Notes: generated by a model not told the origin, from the sequence alone. A stretch of 64,000 nucleotides of DNA from Candidatus Deferrimicrobiaceae bacterium (GCA_963792415.1 CAWBVY010000006.1:640001-704000); one strand, 5' to 3'. Shown: positions 34,506-44,579, counted from the first letter of the stretch. Numbers and translations are program-made.

Positions 34506-35876
34506 CTAGTCGATCCCGAACTCCTTCACTTTGCGGTGGAGGGTGCGGAGGCCGATGCCGAGGAGCTTCGCCGCCAGGGTCTTGTTCCCCCCGGTCTGGA
34601 CGAGGGCGGCACGGACGGCGTCCCGCTCCATCTCGCCGAGGGTGCGGGAGGGGGGCAGAGGGATCGGTGCGGAAGCCGTCGGGGGGAGGACCGCCTGCGT
34701 CACCTCGGGGGGAAGGTCGCCCGGCCCGATCGCCTCCTCCTGTGCGACGAGGGTCGCGGTTTCCAGGGCGTTGCGCAGCTGGCGGACGTTCCCGGGCCAC
34801 CGGCAGGAGAGAAGGGCTTTGAGCGCCGCGGGGGACAGGCGCTTCGGGGGAAGCCCGTTTTCCATCCCGATCAGCGCGAGGAAGTGGTCGCACAGCTTCG
34901 GGATGTCCTCGCGCCGTTCCCGAAGCGGCGGGACGACGATGTTGAAGACGTTCAGCCGGTAGTAGAGGTCCTCGCGGAACGCCTTCGCCTCCACCCGTCC
35001 TTTCAGGTCCTGGTTCGTCGCCGCGATGATCCGGACGTCCGCGTGGATCACCTGCGATCCCCCGACCCGCATGACCTCCTTCTGCTCGATCGCGCGCAGG
35101 AGCTTCGACTGGATCGCCTGCGACACGTCCCCGACCTCGTCGAGGAAGAGCGTCCCCCCCTCGGCGTTCTCGAATTTCCCCGGCCGGGAGGCGGTCGCCC
35201 CCGTGAACGCCCCCTTCTCGTGTCCGAAGAGCTCGGACTCGAGGAGGGTCTCGGGGATCGCGGCGCAGTTCAACGGCAGGAACGGCTGGTCGGCGCGGGG
35301 ACTCAGTCCGTGGACCCCCCGCGCGACGAGTTCCTTCCCCGTGCCGCTTTCCCCGGTGATCAGGACGTTCATCCGGGTCGGAGCGACCAGGCGGATCTTT
35401 CGCAAAACCTCTTCCATCGCGCGGGAGGATCCGACGATCCCCTCGATCCCGAGCGCCCGGCCGGCCTCCTCGCGGAGTCGTTCGATCTCCCGACGCATCC
35501 CGCGCTCCTTGAGCGCCTTGAAGACGGCGGCCCGCAGACGGGGAATCTCCACGGGCTTGAGGAGGAAATCCGAGGCGCCGGCGCGCACCGCCTCGACCGC
35601 GCCCTCGACGGTGCCGTACGCCGTAAGGATGACCACCGGGACGTCCGGGATCTTCTTCGTGACGTGACGGAGCACTTCAAGGCCGGTCAGGCCGGGCATC
35701 CGCAGGTCGGTAACGACGACGTCGCCCCCTTCCGCTTCCACGCGCGCCAATCCCTCCCGCGGGTCGGCGAAGGGGAAGACGTCGATCCCGTCGCGGCGCA
35801 ACGCGGCGACGACGCTCCGGAGGCTGTCGGCGTCGTCGTCGAAGACGAAGACGCGCCCCTTCTCCTTCGAATTCAC
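34506..35876 (-). CDS. Sigma54-dependent response regulator (AtoC/NtrC family)
   Basis: Receiver (FDDD, TDLRMP, KP), GESGTGKE, GAFTGA, WPGNVRQL and HTH GGNKTLAAKLLGI. Confidence 0.95.
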   Translation of the reverse strand: MNSKEKGRVFVFDDDADSLRSVVAALRRDGIDVFPFADPREGLARVEAEGGDVVVTDLRMPGLTGLEVLRHVTKKIPDVPVVILTAYGTVEGAVEAVRAGASDFLLKPVEIPRLRAAVFKALKERGMRREIERLREEAGRALGIEGIVGSSRAMEEVLRKIRLVAPTRMNVLITGESGTGKELVARGVHGLSPRADQPFLPLNCAAIPETLLESELFGHEKGAFTGATASRPGKFENAEGGTLFLDEVGDVSQAIQSKLLRAIEQKEVMRVGGSQVIHADVRIIAATNQDLKGRVEAKAFREDLYYRLNVFNIVVPPLRERREDIPKLCDHFLALIGMENGLPPKRLSPAALKALLSCRWPGNVRQLRNALETATLVAQEEAIGPGDLPPEVTQAVLPPTASAPIPLPPSRTLGEMERDAVRAALVQTGGNKTLAAKLLGIGLRTLHRKVKEFGID

Positions 35877-36640
35877 GAACGCCTCCCCTGCGGGAGCGCA
35901 AGCGGGAGGCGGCCGGGATACATCGCCCGGAACTGCTCCTCGAACAGGAGCACGACGGTCATCGTGGTCCCCTTCCCCTCCCTGCTGCGGACGTAGACCG
36001 CCCCGCCGTGCTGCCGCACGATCTGGCGGACGATCGGAAGGCCCAAACCGCTGCCGTTCTTCCGGGTGGTGAAGAAGAGGCGGAAGATGTGGCGGCGGTC
36101 GGAGGGCGGGATTCCCCGGCCGTTGTCGCGGATCCGCATGAATGGCCGCCCCGCGCGGACTCCGGTGGTCACGCGGATCACCTTCTCCTCCTTCTCCACC
36201 GCTTGCTGGGCGTTCAGCAGGAGGTTGAGCAGCGCCTGCTTCAACAGTTTCTCGTCGGCCAGGATCGGCAGGGGCGAGGGGTGGAGCTTCGTCTTGAGGG
36301 AAACCCCCCGGTACGCGAGTTCCGTCTCGAGGAACCGGAGCGTCTCCGACACGATCCGGTTGAGGTCGACCAGGGCAAGCTCCATCGCCGGGGGCCGGGC
36401 GAAGCGCAGGAAGCCCGAGAGCGTGTCGTTCAGCCGCTGGGTGACCTTGAGGTTGGCGCGGGCGAGGGAGAGGAGGTCCCCCTTCTGCGGAACGCCCTCC
36501 TCCGGAAGCTCGCAGAGCATCTCCTCGAGGAGCTGGCCGTTGATATAAAGGGAGTTCAGCGGGTTGCGGATCTCGTGGGCCAGGCCCGCCGCGACGGCGC
36601 CCAGGTCCGCGAGCTTATTGCGTGTTCTTGTCGCCGTCAC
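35873..36640 (-). CDS. Histidine kinase made only of HisKA and HATPase domains
   Basis: H-box AHEIRNPL at residue ~22, NLLLNA, DNGRG, FFTTR and GSGLGL. An in-frame stop lies just upstream. Confidence 0.88.
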   Translation of the reverse strand: MTATRTRNKLADLGAVAAGLAHEIRNPLNSLYINGQLLEEMLCELPEEGVPQKGDLLSLARANLKVTQRLNDTLSGFLRFARPPAMELALVDLNRIVSETLRFLETELAYRGVSLKTKLHPSPLPILADEKLLKQALLNLLLNAQQAVEKEEKVIRVTTGVRAGRPFMRIRDNGRGIPPSDRRHIFRLFFTTRKNGSGLGLPIVRQIVRQHGGAVYVRSREGKGTTMTVVLLFEEQFRAMYPGRLPLALPQGRRS

Positions 36641-36662
36641 GAGGACGATTCTATATCAAAGC

Positions 36663-37295
36663 CTACCGGTACTCCACGGTCAGCAGAGGCGCTCTGTCCG
36701 CCAGGTCGTCGTCGAACTCCACCAGCCCCGAGGCCCCGGGGACGAAATCCAGAAGGAAGCGGAGTTGCAGGTCGCTCAACCCGCGGGCCTGCGCTTCCGA
36801 CATCAGCGACGTAACGTCGATCCGGACGAATCGATTGATGTCCGAGCGGAGGACATCGAAAGGCGAGCGGGTAAGCAGCGGGGGCGAATTGTAATCCACG
36901 CTGGTCAGGCCCGTGATCGGAAACGGGACCAGATCGACAAGGGTCGGCACCGAGGAGGAGAAACTCACGTAGTTCACATAGACATCGATGTAGGCGGAAA
37001 CGATCGTGGCGCCGAGAGGAACCACCCCGCCCCCGGTGGAGCCGTCGAGAGGAAAATCGAGAAACGCCCTGAACTCGGTACCGCCGGAATCGATTCCGTA
37101 CAGGACGTTTTTCGTGGCATTGGCCTGGGAGACGGTGTACGTGCCCGGGGGGGTGAACCCGATGTCTCCGTCCGAGCTCTGGGCGCTCAGTGCCTGTATG
37201 AATACCGTGGTCGGGTCGCTGGACCCCCCCCCTCCGCAACCGGCGAGGAACAACGCAAGGCCGCCCACGATCGCCAGGATCCCGATTTTCCGCAT
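36663..37295 (-). CDS. Hypothetical lipoprotein
   Basis: MRKIGILAIVGGLALFLAG-C lipobox, Gly/Ser linker, beta-rich body. GGAGG SD upstream. Confidence 0.8.
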   Translation of the reverse strand: MRKIGILAIVGGLALFLAGCGGGGSSDPTTVFIQALSAQSSDGDIGFTPPGTYTVSQANATKNVLYGIDSGGTEFRAFLDFPLDGSTGGGVVPLGATIVSAYIDVYVNYVSFSSSVPTLVDLVPFPITGLTSVDYNSPPLLTRSPFDVLRSDINRFVRIDVTSLMSEAQARGLSDLQLRFLLDFVPGASGLVEFDDDLADRAPLLTVEYR

Positions 37296-37400
37296 CGCCG
37301 TTCCTCCTGTGTCCGCCGCTTCGCGATCCATGTACATTCTACGCTACCCGGGGGGATGGAATTCAACCTGGGGGCCGGATGCCCCCCCTTTCCGCCGGCC

Positions 37401-37409
37401 TGCTATAAT
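37401..37409 (+). promoter_or_regulatory. Extended -10 promoter of PBP1A
   Basis: TGCTATAAT about 40 nt upstream of the start. Confidence 0.55.
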
Positions 37410-37450
37410 CGAGGCGAACATATCCATTCTCGTGCGAGAGAGGCGAACCG

Positions 37451-39475
37451 TTGTCCCGGAACCTCGATCCCGGTGAACCCGCGGGCTTCCCCTGGAAAAA
37501 AATTCTCCTGATCGTGTTCGTCACGGGGTTGTGCTTCGTCCTCGGGGTGGGGGCCGGGATCGTCCTGCTGGCGAAATTCGGGGATTTTCCGTCGATCGAG
37601 TCGGCGGCGGCGTACCGGCCCAGCGTCACCTCGAAGATCTTCGACCGGAACAACCGCATCGTCGGCGAAATCTACCTCGAGAAGCGGAACCTGGTCCCCT
37701 TCAAGGCCATCCCCCCGCACGTCGTCAACGCCTTCGTCGCGGCGGAGGACGCGAATTTCTTCCGGCACAAGGGAGTGGACTACATCGCCATCGCGAGGGC
37801 GATCGTCAAGGACGTCCTTTCCGGCGGGTACGCGCAGGGGGCGAGCACGATCACCCAGCAGACGGTCAAATCCCTCTTCCTGACCCCGGAAAAGACCGTC
37901 GCGCGCAAGTTGAAGGAGTTGATCCTCGCCTACCGGATCGAGAGGGTACTCTCCAAGGAGGAGATCCTCTACCTCTACCTGAACCAGATCTACCTCGGGG
38001 ATGGGGCCTACGGCGTGGAGGCGGCGGCGCAGACCTACTTCTCGAGGGGGGTCTCGACACTCACCGTCGCGGAAGGGGCGCTCCTCGCGGGGCTGGCCCA
38101 GGCGCCCACCCGCTACTCGCCGCGGGGCCACATCGACAAGGCGAGGGCAAGGCAACGGTACGTGCTTCGCCGGATGGCGGAGGTCGGGTTCCTCGACAAG
38201 GAAACGGCGGAGAGGGCGTACAATGCGCGCCTGGCGCTGGCGCCCCCCTCCACCTTCCGGCCGAAAGTCGCGTACTTCCTCGAGTACATCCGCACCTACC
38301 TCCAGGAGAAGTACGGCGTGGATGCGATGTACCGCAACGAGTTCAGGATCTACACGACGATCGACGAGCGGTTGCAGGAAGCGGCATACGACGCCGTGAC
38401 GCAGGGCGTCCGCCGGATAGAGGAAGCGAACGGGTACACGGGGCTCCAGGGCGCGCTTCTGTGCATGGACCCCGGCACGGGCGGGGTGCTGGCGATGGTG
38501 GGCGGGGTCGACTTCGGCGCGTCCCAGTTCAACCGGGCGCTCCAGGCGCGTCGGCAGCCGGGCTCCGCCTTCAAGCCGATCGTCTACGCCGCCGCCCTCG
38601 ACAAGGGGAAGACGCTGGTCTCCACCGTGGACGACTCTCCGATCGAGTTCGCGAGGAGCGAGACGGAGATGTGGAAGCCGAAAAATTACGATGAAACGTT
38701 CCTCGGCCCCATCCCGCTGCTCGAGGCGCTGGCCAAGTCCCGCAACCTGGCCACCGTCCGCCTGCTGAACGAGATCGGCGTGGACACCGTGATCGGGATG
38801 GCCCGCAGCCTCGGCATCCAGTCGCCCATCGAGCGGAACCTCTCGATCGCCCTCGGGTCGTCGGGCGTGACCCCTCTCGAGATGGCCACCGCGTACTCGA
38901 CCTTCGCCGCCGGCGGACGGCGGCCGACGCCGTTCTTCATCCGGGAAGTGCAGGACGGACAGGGGAGCGTGCTGGAGCGGACCGAACCGAAGGCCGCGGC
39001 GGCGATCGCCCCGGAGACCGCCTATCTCACCATCCGGCTGATGCAGGAGGTTCTTCGGACCGGCACCGGCGCCTCGGCGAAGAAGCTCTCGCCGAACCTC
39101 GCCGGGAAGACGGGGACGACGAACGAGAATACGGACGCCTGGTTCATCGGCGGATCGCCGGACCTGATCGCGGCGGTGTGGGTGGGATTCGACACCCCGA
39201 CGTCGCTTGGGAAGCGCCAGACGGCGGCCTCGGTGGCGCTGCCGATCTGGACGCACTTCTTCGGGAAGGCGCTGACATACGTCCCCGACCGCGAATTCTA
39301 CCCCCCCGCGGGAATCACCTTCGCCCCCGTGGACCCGTCGACCGGCAAGGCGTTGCCGCCGGGAAGCGGCGAGGGGATGGTGCTCCCCTTCAAATTGGGC
39401 ACGGTGCCGGAGACCGGCGGCCCCGCCGGGAAACCTTCCCCGCAACGGCGGGGGACGGGCGACGACCTGCTGTAG
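37451..39475 (+). CDS. mrcA: Class A penicillin-binding protein 1A
   Basis: EDANFFRHKG, GASTITQQ and RKLKE (glycosyltransferase). SAFK, SRN and KTGT (transpeptidase). Confidence 0.93.
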   Translation: MSRNLDPGEPAGFPWKKILLIVFVTGLCFVLGVGAGIVLLAKFGDFPSIESAAAYRPSVTSKIFDRNNRIVGEIYLEKRNLVPFKAIPPHVVNAFVAAEDANFFRHKGVDYIAIARAIVKDVLSGGYAQGASTITQQTVKSLFLTPEKTVARKLKELILAYRIERVLSKEEILYLYLNQIYLGDGAYGVEAAAQTYFSRGVSTLTVAEGALLAGLAQAPTRYSPRGHIDKARARQRYVLRRMAEVGFLDKETAERAYNARLALAPPSTFRPKVAYFLEYIRTYLQEKYGVDAMYRNEFRIYTTIDERLQEAAYDAVTQGVRRIEEANGYTGLQGALLCMDPGTGGVLAMVGGVDFGASQFNRALQARRQPGSAFKPIVYAAALDKGKTLVSTVDDSPIEFARSETEMWKPKNYDETFLGPIPLLEALAKSRNLATVRLLNEIGVDTVIGMARSLGIQSPIERNLSIALGSSGVTPLEMATAYSTFAAGGRRPTPFFIREVQDGQGSVLERTEPKAAAAIAPETAYLTIRLMQEVLRTGTGASAKKLSPNLAGKTGTTNENTDAWFIGGSPDLIAAVWVGFDTPTSLGKRQTAASVALPIWTHFFGKALTYVPDREFYPPAGITFAPVDPSTGKALPPGSGEGMVLPFKLGTVPETGGPAGKPSPQRRGTGDDLL

Positions 39476-39478
39476 ATC

Positions 39479-40216
39479 TTACGCCCCGTCCCGGAGCCGG
39501 TCCGCGAATTCCCGCGGCAGCCCCGCCTCGAGCACTTTCCGGCGCGCCGCTTCGACGTCGTACGGCACGCGGACCCAGGTCACCTTCCCGTCGTCGGTGT
39601 CGAACAGGAGGAAAGAGGCGTTCCTGTCGCGGTCCCTCGGCTGCCCGACGCTCCCAGGGTTGAGGAGCGCCCGCTCCCCCGGGAGGAGCCGGAACGCTCC
39701 CGCGGGGACGATCTCCACCCGGCCGTCCACCCGCCGGACGAACCCGCCCGCCGCGTGCGTGTGCCCGAAGAAGATCGGCCCCGTCGCAACGGACGCGAAG
39801 AGACTCGCAAGTTCCTGGGCGGCGTGGTCGACGGAATCGACGTACCGGCCCGGATCGCTGGGGGCTCCGTGGACGAGCAGCGCGCCGCCCTCGATGAAAC
39901 GCTGGACGGGAAGGTCCGCAAGGTAGTCCCGGGCCTCCGGGGAGATCCGCTCCCGCGACCAGAGGGCTGCCTTCCGCGCCGCGGCGTGGAAGTTCCGACC
40001 CGTTGCGCGGCCGCACGCCACGGCGTCGTGGTTCCCGGAAACGCCCGCCGCCGCGTTCGCCATCGCCCAGCGGACACACTCTTCCGGCTGGGCGTTGTAC
40101 CCGGCGAGGTCCCCGAGGTGGTAGACCCGGTCCGGCCGGCGGAGGACGAGCTCCGCCCCAACCGCCGAGAGGGCATCGAAGTTCGCGTGGATGTCCGAGA
40201 GGATGGCGACGTTCAA
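39479..40216 (-). CDS. Metallophosphoesterase (calcineurin-like, YfcE-type)
   Basis: SDIHAN, GDLAGY, GNHD, VHG, GHTH and NPGSVGQPRD. TTG start overlaps the upstream stop. Confidence 0.92.
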   Translation of the reverse strand: MNVAILSDIHANFDALSAVGAELVLRRPDRVYHLGDLAGYNAQPEECVRWAMANAAAGVSGNHDAVACGRATGRNFHAAARKAALWSRERISPEARDYLADLPVQRFIEGGALLVHGAPSDPGRYVDSVDHAAQELASLFASVATGPIFFGHTHAAGGFVRRVDGRVEIVPAGAFRLLPGERALLNPGSVGQPRDRDRNASFLLFDTDDGKVTWVRVPYDVEAARRKVLEAGLPREFADRLRDGA

Positions 40217-41505
40217 GCGCTGACCGCCACGGCCCTCCCCAGTCCGGGTGGAAGCGTCCGGACGGTCCGTTTCCTCGCCGAATATTCCCGGACGAGGTCC
40301 ATGAAGATGTCGAGCTCGTACCGGCGGTCGACCCGCGTCCCGTCGAAGTAGATGACCCGGACGGGAAGGCCGTCGCAATCGCGCGAGAGGCGCGGGTAGA
40401 TCGCCTCCGAGACGATCCCGTTCATGCAGGAGAACGGGTTGATGTCCAGCACCCCGTCGGCCCCCTTCCTGTGCAGGTAGACCGTCTTCGCCACCGAGAG
40501 GAGCATCTCGCCCAGCGTTCCTTCGGGAACGAGGTACGGACGCGCGAGGTCGAGCACGTCGCGGATGTCGTCGGCCTCCTCGTAGCCGCGGAAGTCGTCC
40601 CCGAAGACTTTATACAGTTCCCGCTCGTCCTTGTGCTGAAAGTGCCACTTCAGCCTTGCGCCGAACATCTCCATGGTCAGGTGCTTCCGGAAGCGCTTCA
40701 GCAGGTGGATGTGGGTGGCGTTGGTGTACCAGAGCCATTCGCTGACGTCGGAGATCCAGCACTCTCCCCCCGCCTCCTCGACCTTGCGCACGACGTCGTC
40801 GTTGCTGAACGCGTTGAGGCGGCAGAAGATCTCCCCCACGACGCCGATGAGCGGGCGGGGATCGGAGAAATCGGCCGGGACGTCGCGCAGCAATTTCCGT
40901 CCCCGGACGAGGGACTCCTTGAGGCGGGCCATCCGCTCCTTCGGGTTCTTCCCGCGCGATTCGACCGTGGCGCAGAGGTCGGACAGCGCCGCCTGGTGCG
41001 CCGCGTCGGACGCCCCCTTTTCCAGCTCGTAGGGACGGGTCCGGAGGAGAAGCTTCGTCAGCAGCTCGCCGCCGATCATCGCCCTCCACGCGGTGCGAAG
41101 CAGCTCGTCGGCATGCTCCCCGATCCCGTTGTACCCGTCCTCGCACGTCGGGGACAGGACCGTGACGCCGTCGAACCCCATCTCCTTCAGGACCCCCTTG
41201 ATGTAGGGGCCGTACTGGCCGAACCGGCACGGTCCGTCCGAGGTAGGCATGAAAAGCGCCATCCGGTCGGGGGGGACCTCGCCGTGAACGAGGATTTTCA
41301 GCGCGTCCCCCAGCGTCACCTTGAGGGGAAGGCACTCCTCGCCCGAGGAGTGGCGCCCCCCGAGGACCATCGTCTCCTCGTCGGAGGGAGCCATCGACTT
41401 CGCGTCGATCCCCACCGAGCGGAACGCGGAGGCGATGACGCGGACCCCCGCCTCCGACATCGCGGGGAAGTAAACCGTCTTCCCGGACAGCGGCGAACCG
41501 CTCAC
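40213..41505 (-). CDS. 2-hydroxyacyl-CoA dehydratase/reductase-like Fe-S subunit (PlsR-like)
   Basis: EECLPLK, GPCRFGQY, GVVGEIF and NPFSCM motifs. Coupled to the upstream activase gene (GTGA). Confidence 0.8.
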   Translation of the reverse strand: MSGSPLSGKTVYFPAMSEAGVRVIASAFRSVGIDAKSMAPSDEETMVLGGRHSSGEECLPLKVTLGDALKILVHGEVPPDRMALFMPTSDGPCRFGQYGPYIKGVLKEMGFDGVTVLSPTCEDGYNGIGEHADELLRTAWRAMIGGELLTKLLLRTRPYELEKGASDAAHQAALSDLCATVESRGKNPKERMARLKESLVRGRKLLRDVPADFSDPRPLIGVVGEIFCRLNAFSNDDVVRKVEEAGGECWISDVSEWLWYTNATHIHLLKRFRKHLTMEMFGARLKWHFQHKDERELYKVFGDDFRGYEEADDIRDVLDLARPYLVPEGTLGEMLLSVAKTVYLHRKGADGVLDINPFSCMNGIVSEAIYPRLSRDCDGLPVRVIYFDGTRVDRRYELDIFMDLVREYSARKRTVRTLPPGLGRAVAVSA

Positions 41506-44500
41506 TGCTGCGCCCATGGGCGGAGCACCCCCTTGCTGTCGAGATAGGCCTCGCACCGGGTCACGTACCCGGCGTCGTTGCCGTGGCCGTCGAACTGCAG
41601 CGTCAGGTACGGGGACCCGGACGCCTTCGTTATGAAGTGTCGCACGAAGGAGTCGGGGCCGCACTTGAAATTGGTGATGTAGATCATGTGGAATTTCGGC
41701 CGGTTCCTGCACCATTTCGCCGCGGCGATGATCTTGCGGCCGTAATTCCAGAACATGTTGTCGTTCACGTCGCGGATGTCGATGTCGTCCACGGGGAGAA
41801 AGTCGATCGGGATGACGTTGCCGCCATACTGGTCCCGAAGCTTCGCCGGGATGTTCAGGTTGACGTCCCGGTCGTACAGATTGTAGGGGCGCCCCAGCAG
41901 GACGATCGCGTCCGCCCCCGCCTTCTCGACCCGCTCGATCGCCTCCGCCCCCGCGACCTCGAGGAACCGGCCGAGCTTCGCCTGCTCTCGGTACCCGTCG
42001 CGGATCCCCTCCCGGATCTCCTTCCGGGAGACGCCCAGCGGCCCGAAGCAGTCGAACAGGTCCTCCACGATGTACTTCTCGCCGTCCCGGAACCGGACGG
42101 TGGGCGAGAGCAGCTTCTGCCGCAGCTCTTTCTCCCACTTGGGGACGGCGGCCACGACGAACGGCAGCGTCTGCCCCCAGGGACAGAACTGCGACGCCGT
42201 GTGCGTGTGGATCGTCTCCGAGTTGATCGGGTTCGGCAGGAAGAGGAAGTCGACGCCGGAGACCAGCAGCGCCCCGACGTGCCCGTGGGCCACCTGGATC
42301 GGGTAGCAAGGCTCGGCGACGGTCCGCTCGAACCCCTCCCGGGCGATCGCCTTGTCGGTGCGCGGCGACACCTTGATGCCGAACCCCATCCGCGTGAGCA
42401 CCCCCTTCCAGAAGGGGAACCGCTCGTGGAAATACATCGCCCTCGGGAACCCGACGGTCCCGCGCGGGCCGCTCGCAGGAGTCTCCGCGACGAGCCGGTC
42501 CATCCACTCGATCCTGCGCGCCACCAGGTCGTCGATCACCGGCTTCGTGCCGGTGCGGGCCGCCTTGCGGTACTTCTCGGAACACTTGTCGCCCCAGTAG
42601 GTTCGGCTTTCCCCGATCCGGATCTCCTGCATGTCGCAGTAGTTGCTGCACCCCTTGCAGACGAACTCCCGCCGACGGTAGTCTACCTTGGAGAGGTCGA
42701 ATCCGCGGAACGTCGTGGGCTCCTTCGTCGCCCGGACCTTGTCCCGGGCGAGCAGCGCCATCCCGATCGCCCCGATCACCCCGTTGTGGGGCGGAACGAT
42801 GATCTTGCGACCCAGCACCTGGGAGAATGCCGCGGCGACCGAGTCGTTGTACGCCGTCCCCCCCTGGAAGTAGATCGTCTCGCCGATCTTCCGTCCGCGC
42901 ACCACGCGGTTGAGGTAATTCATGACGACCGAGTACGCGAGGCCCGCGACGAGATCGTCCTTCCGGGCGCCCCGGTAGAGATAGTTGTTCAGATCCTGCT
43001 CCATGAAGACGGTGCACCGCTCCCCCATGCGGACGGGGGCGCTCGAGGAGAGGGCCATCTCGGCGAACTCTCCCTTGATCCGGATCCCGAGCCTCTCCGC
43101 CTGCTCCTCGAGGAACGACCCGGTCCCGGCGGCGCACGCGTCGTTCATCGCGAAATCGGTGACCACGCCGTTTTCGAGGCCGATGAACTTGGAGTCCTGC
43201 CCGCCGATCTCGAAGATCGTGTCGACCGACGCGTCGAAATAACGCCGGCTGATGAAGGTCGAGCCGGTCTTGTGAGCGGTGATCTCGTCCTGGACCGTGT
43301 CGGCCCCGACCAGCTCGCCGATCAGCTCCCGGCCGGACCCGGTGGTCCCGACGCCGCGGATCGAGATCGTGTCCCCGAACTCGTCCCGGAGCGCCTGCAG
43401 TCCGTCGGTCACCACCTGCACCGGACGCCCCTGCGTTCCTACGTAGATCTCCTTGAGGAGGTTCCCGTCCCAGTCCGTCACGGCGAAGTTGGTGGAGACC
43501 GAACCGATGTCGATGCCGAGGAAGACCTCGGGCCGTCCCTCGGGCTTCGGGGGCGCCTGGACGCGGTCGCGCAGGAAGACGACGTTCTCCGTCGTGAGGG
43601 GCGGCCACGAAGGGAACGCGCGCTCTTCCGGTTCCTCGACCGCCGGATCCCCCGCGATCACCGACGAGCCTGCTCCCGCGCGCTCCGAGGAGGCCGCCGC
43701 CGCGCCGAGGGCGCCCATGTGTGCGAACCCGCGCGGCACCACGACATCCTCCCCCGAAAAACCGAAAGCGTCGCGGATCGCGCGGACGACCCCCGAGTTC
43801 TCGAACAGACCGCCGACCAGGGCGATCGTCGGGACGGGGTCCTTCCCCTTGTTGATGCTGCTCTTGAAGTTGCGCGCGACCGCGTCGCACAGCCCCTTCA
43901 GGATCTCCTCCGGAGAGTACCCTTTCTGCTGGGCGTGGATCATGTCGCTCTTGGCGAATACGGAGCATCGGCCGGCGATCCTCGCCGCGCTCGCGGCGTG
44001 GGCGACCATCTCGCCGACCTGCTCCACCTGAAGCTTCATCCGGTGGGCCTGCTGGTCGATGAACGACCCCGTGCCCGCCGCGCAGTCGCCATTCGTGTCG
44101 TAATCCTTGACGGTGAGGAGACCCGCGTCGCCGGTCGCCTCAAGGCGGATGACCTTGGCGTTCTCCCCGCCCATCTCGAAGATCGTGCGGACCTCGGGAT
44201 GCGTGACCGTGATGGCCTTGACGAGGCAGCGGAAGTCGTTCTCGTACGTGGCCCCGATGAGCGGAGCGAGTTGACGACCGCTCCTCCCCGTGACCGCGAT
44301 TGCCCGCACGTTCCCCTCGCCGAGGACCGCGAGCCACCGGCGCAGCCTCTCCGGGACCTTCCTCACAGGATCACCAAGGAGACGGTCGTACGAAAGGATG
44401 TACCCCTTCCCGGCGCCGGGGAGCGCGATCGCCTCCGGATCCAGGAACATTCCGCGCAGATCCGCGGAGAGATCCGTCGAACCTTCCGGCAGAAACAGGG

Positions 44501-44579
44501 AAAACTTCATGCTGATCGAGCCAACGTCGATGCCAAGGAACAAGTCGTCTTTCCTCCCTCGGGAAATATGGGCGCGCAT
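41502..44579 (-). CDS. CoA-substrate-specific enzyme activase (2x BadF/BadG/BcrA/BcrD ASKHA domains) plus DUF2229-like domain (PlsA-like)
   Basis: GIDVGS and GIDIGS, two CAAGTGSF, RCSVF and RCTVF, CKGCSNYC, EPCYP and NFKCGPD. Confidence 0.88.
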   Translation of the reverse strand: MRAHISRGRKDDLFLGIDVGSISMKFSLFLPEGSTDLSADLRGMFLDPEAIALPGAGKGYILSYDRLLGDPVRKVPERLRRWLAVLGEGNVRAIAVTGRSGRQLAPLIGATYENDFRCLVKAITVTHPEVRTIFEMGGENAKVIRLEATGDAGLLTVKDYDTNGDCAAGTGSFIDQQAHRMKLQVEQVGEMVAHAASAARIAGRCSVFAKSDMIHAQQKGYSPEEILKGLCDAVARNFKSSINKGKDPVPTIALVGGLFENSGVVRAIRDAFGFSGEDVVVPRGFAHMGALGAAAASSERAGAGSSVIAGDPAVEEPEERAFPSWPPLTTENVVFLRDRVQAPPKPEGRPEVFLGIDIGSVSTNFAVTDWDGNLLKEIYVGTQGRPVQVVTDGLQALRDEFGDTISIRGVGTTGSGRELIGELVGADTVQDEITAHKTGSTFISRRYFDASVDTIFEIGGQDSKFIGLENGVVTDFAMNDACAAGTGSFLEEQAERLGIRIKGEFAEMALSSSAPVRMGERCTVFMEQDLNNYLYRGARKDDLVAGLAYSVVMNYLNRVVRGRKIGETIYFQGGTAYNDSVAAAFSQVLGRKIIVPPHNGVIGAIGMALLARDKVRATKEPTTFRGFDLSKVDYRRREFVCKGCSNYCDMQEIRIGESRTYWGDKCSEKYRKAARTGTKPVIDDLVARRIEWMDRLVAETPASGPRGTVGFPRAMYFHERFPFWKGVLTRMGFGIKVSPRTDKAIAREGFERTVAEPCYPIQVAHGHVGALLVSGVDFLFLPNPINSETIHTHTASQFCPWGQTLPFVVAAVPKWEKELRQKLLSPTVRFRDGEKYIVEDLFDCFGPLGVSRKEIREGIRDGYREQAKLGRFLEVAGAEAIERVEKAGADAIVLLGRPYNLYDRDVNLNIPAKLRDQYGGNVIPIDFLPVDDIDIRDVNDNMFWNYGRKIIAAAKWCRNRPKFHMIYITNFKCGPDSFVRHFITKASGSPYLTLQFDGHGNDAGYVTRCEAYLDSKGVLRPWAQQ

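Noticed and set aside
37340-37358. tacgctacccggggggatg as a further repeat-family copy
   Set aside because: Only a short partial match to the core with no flanking similarity; could be chance.
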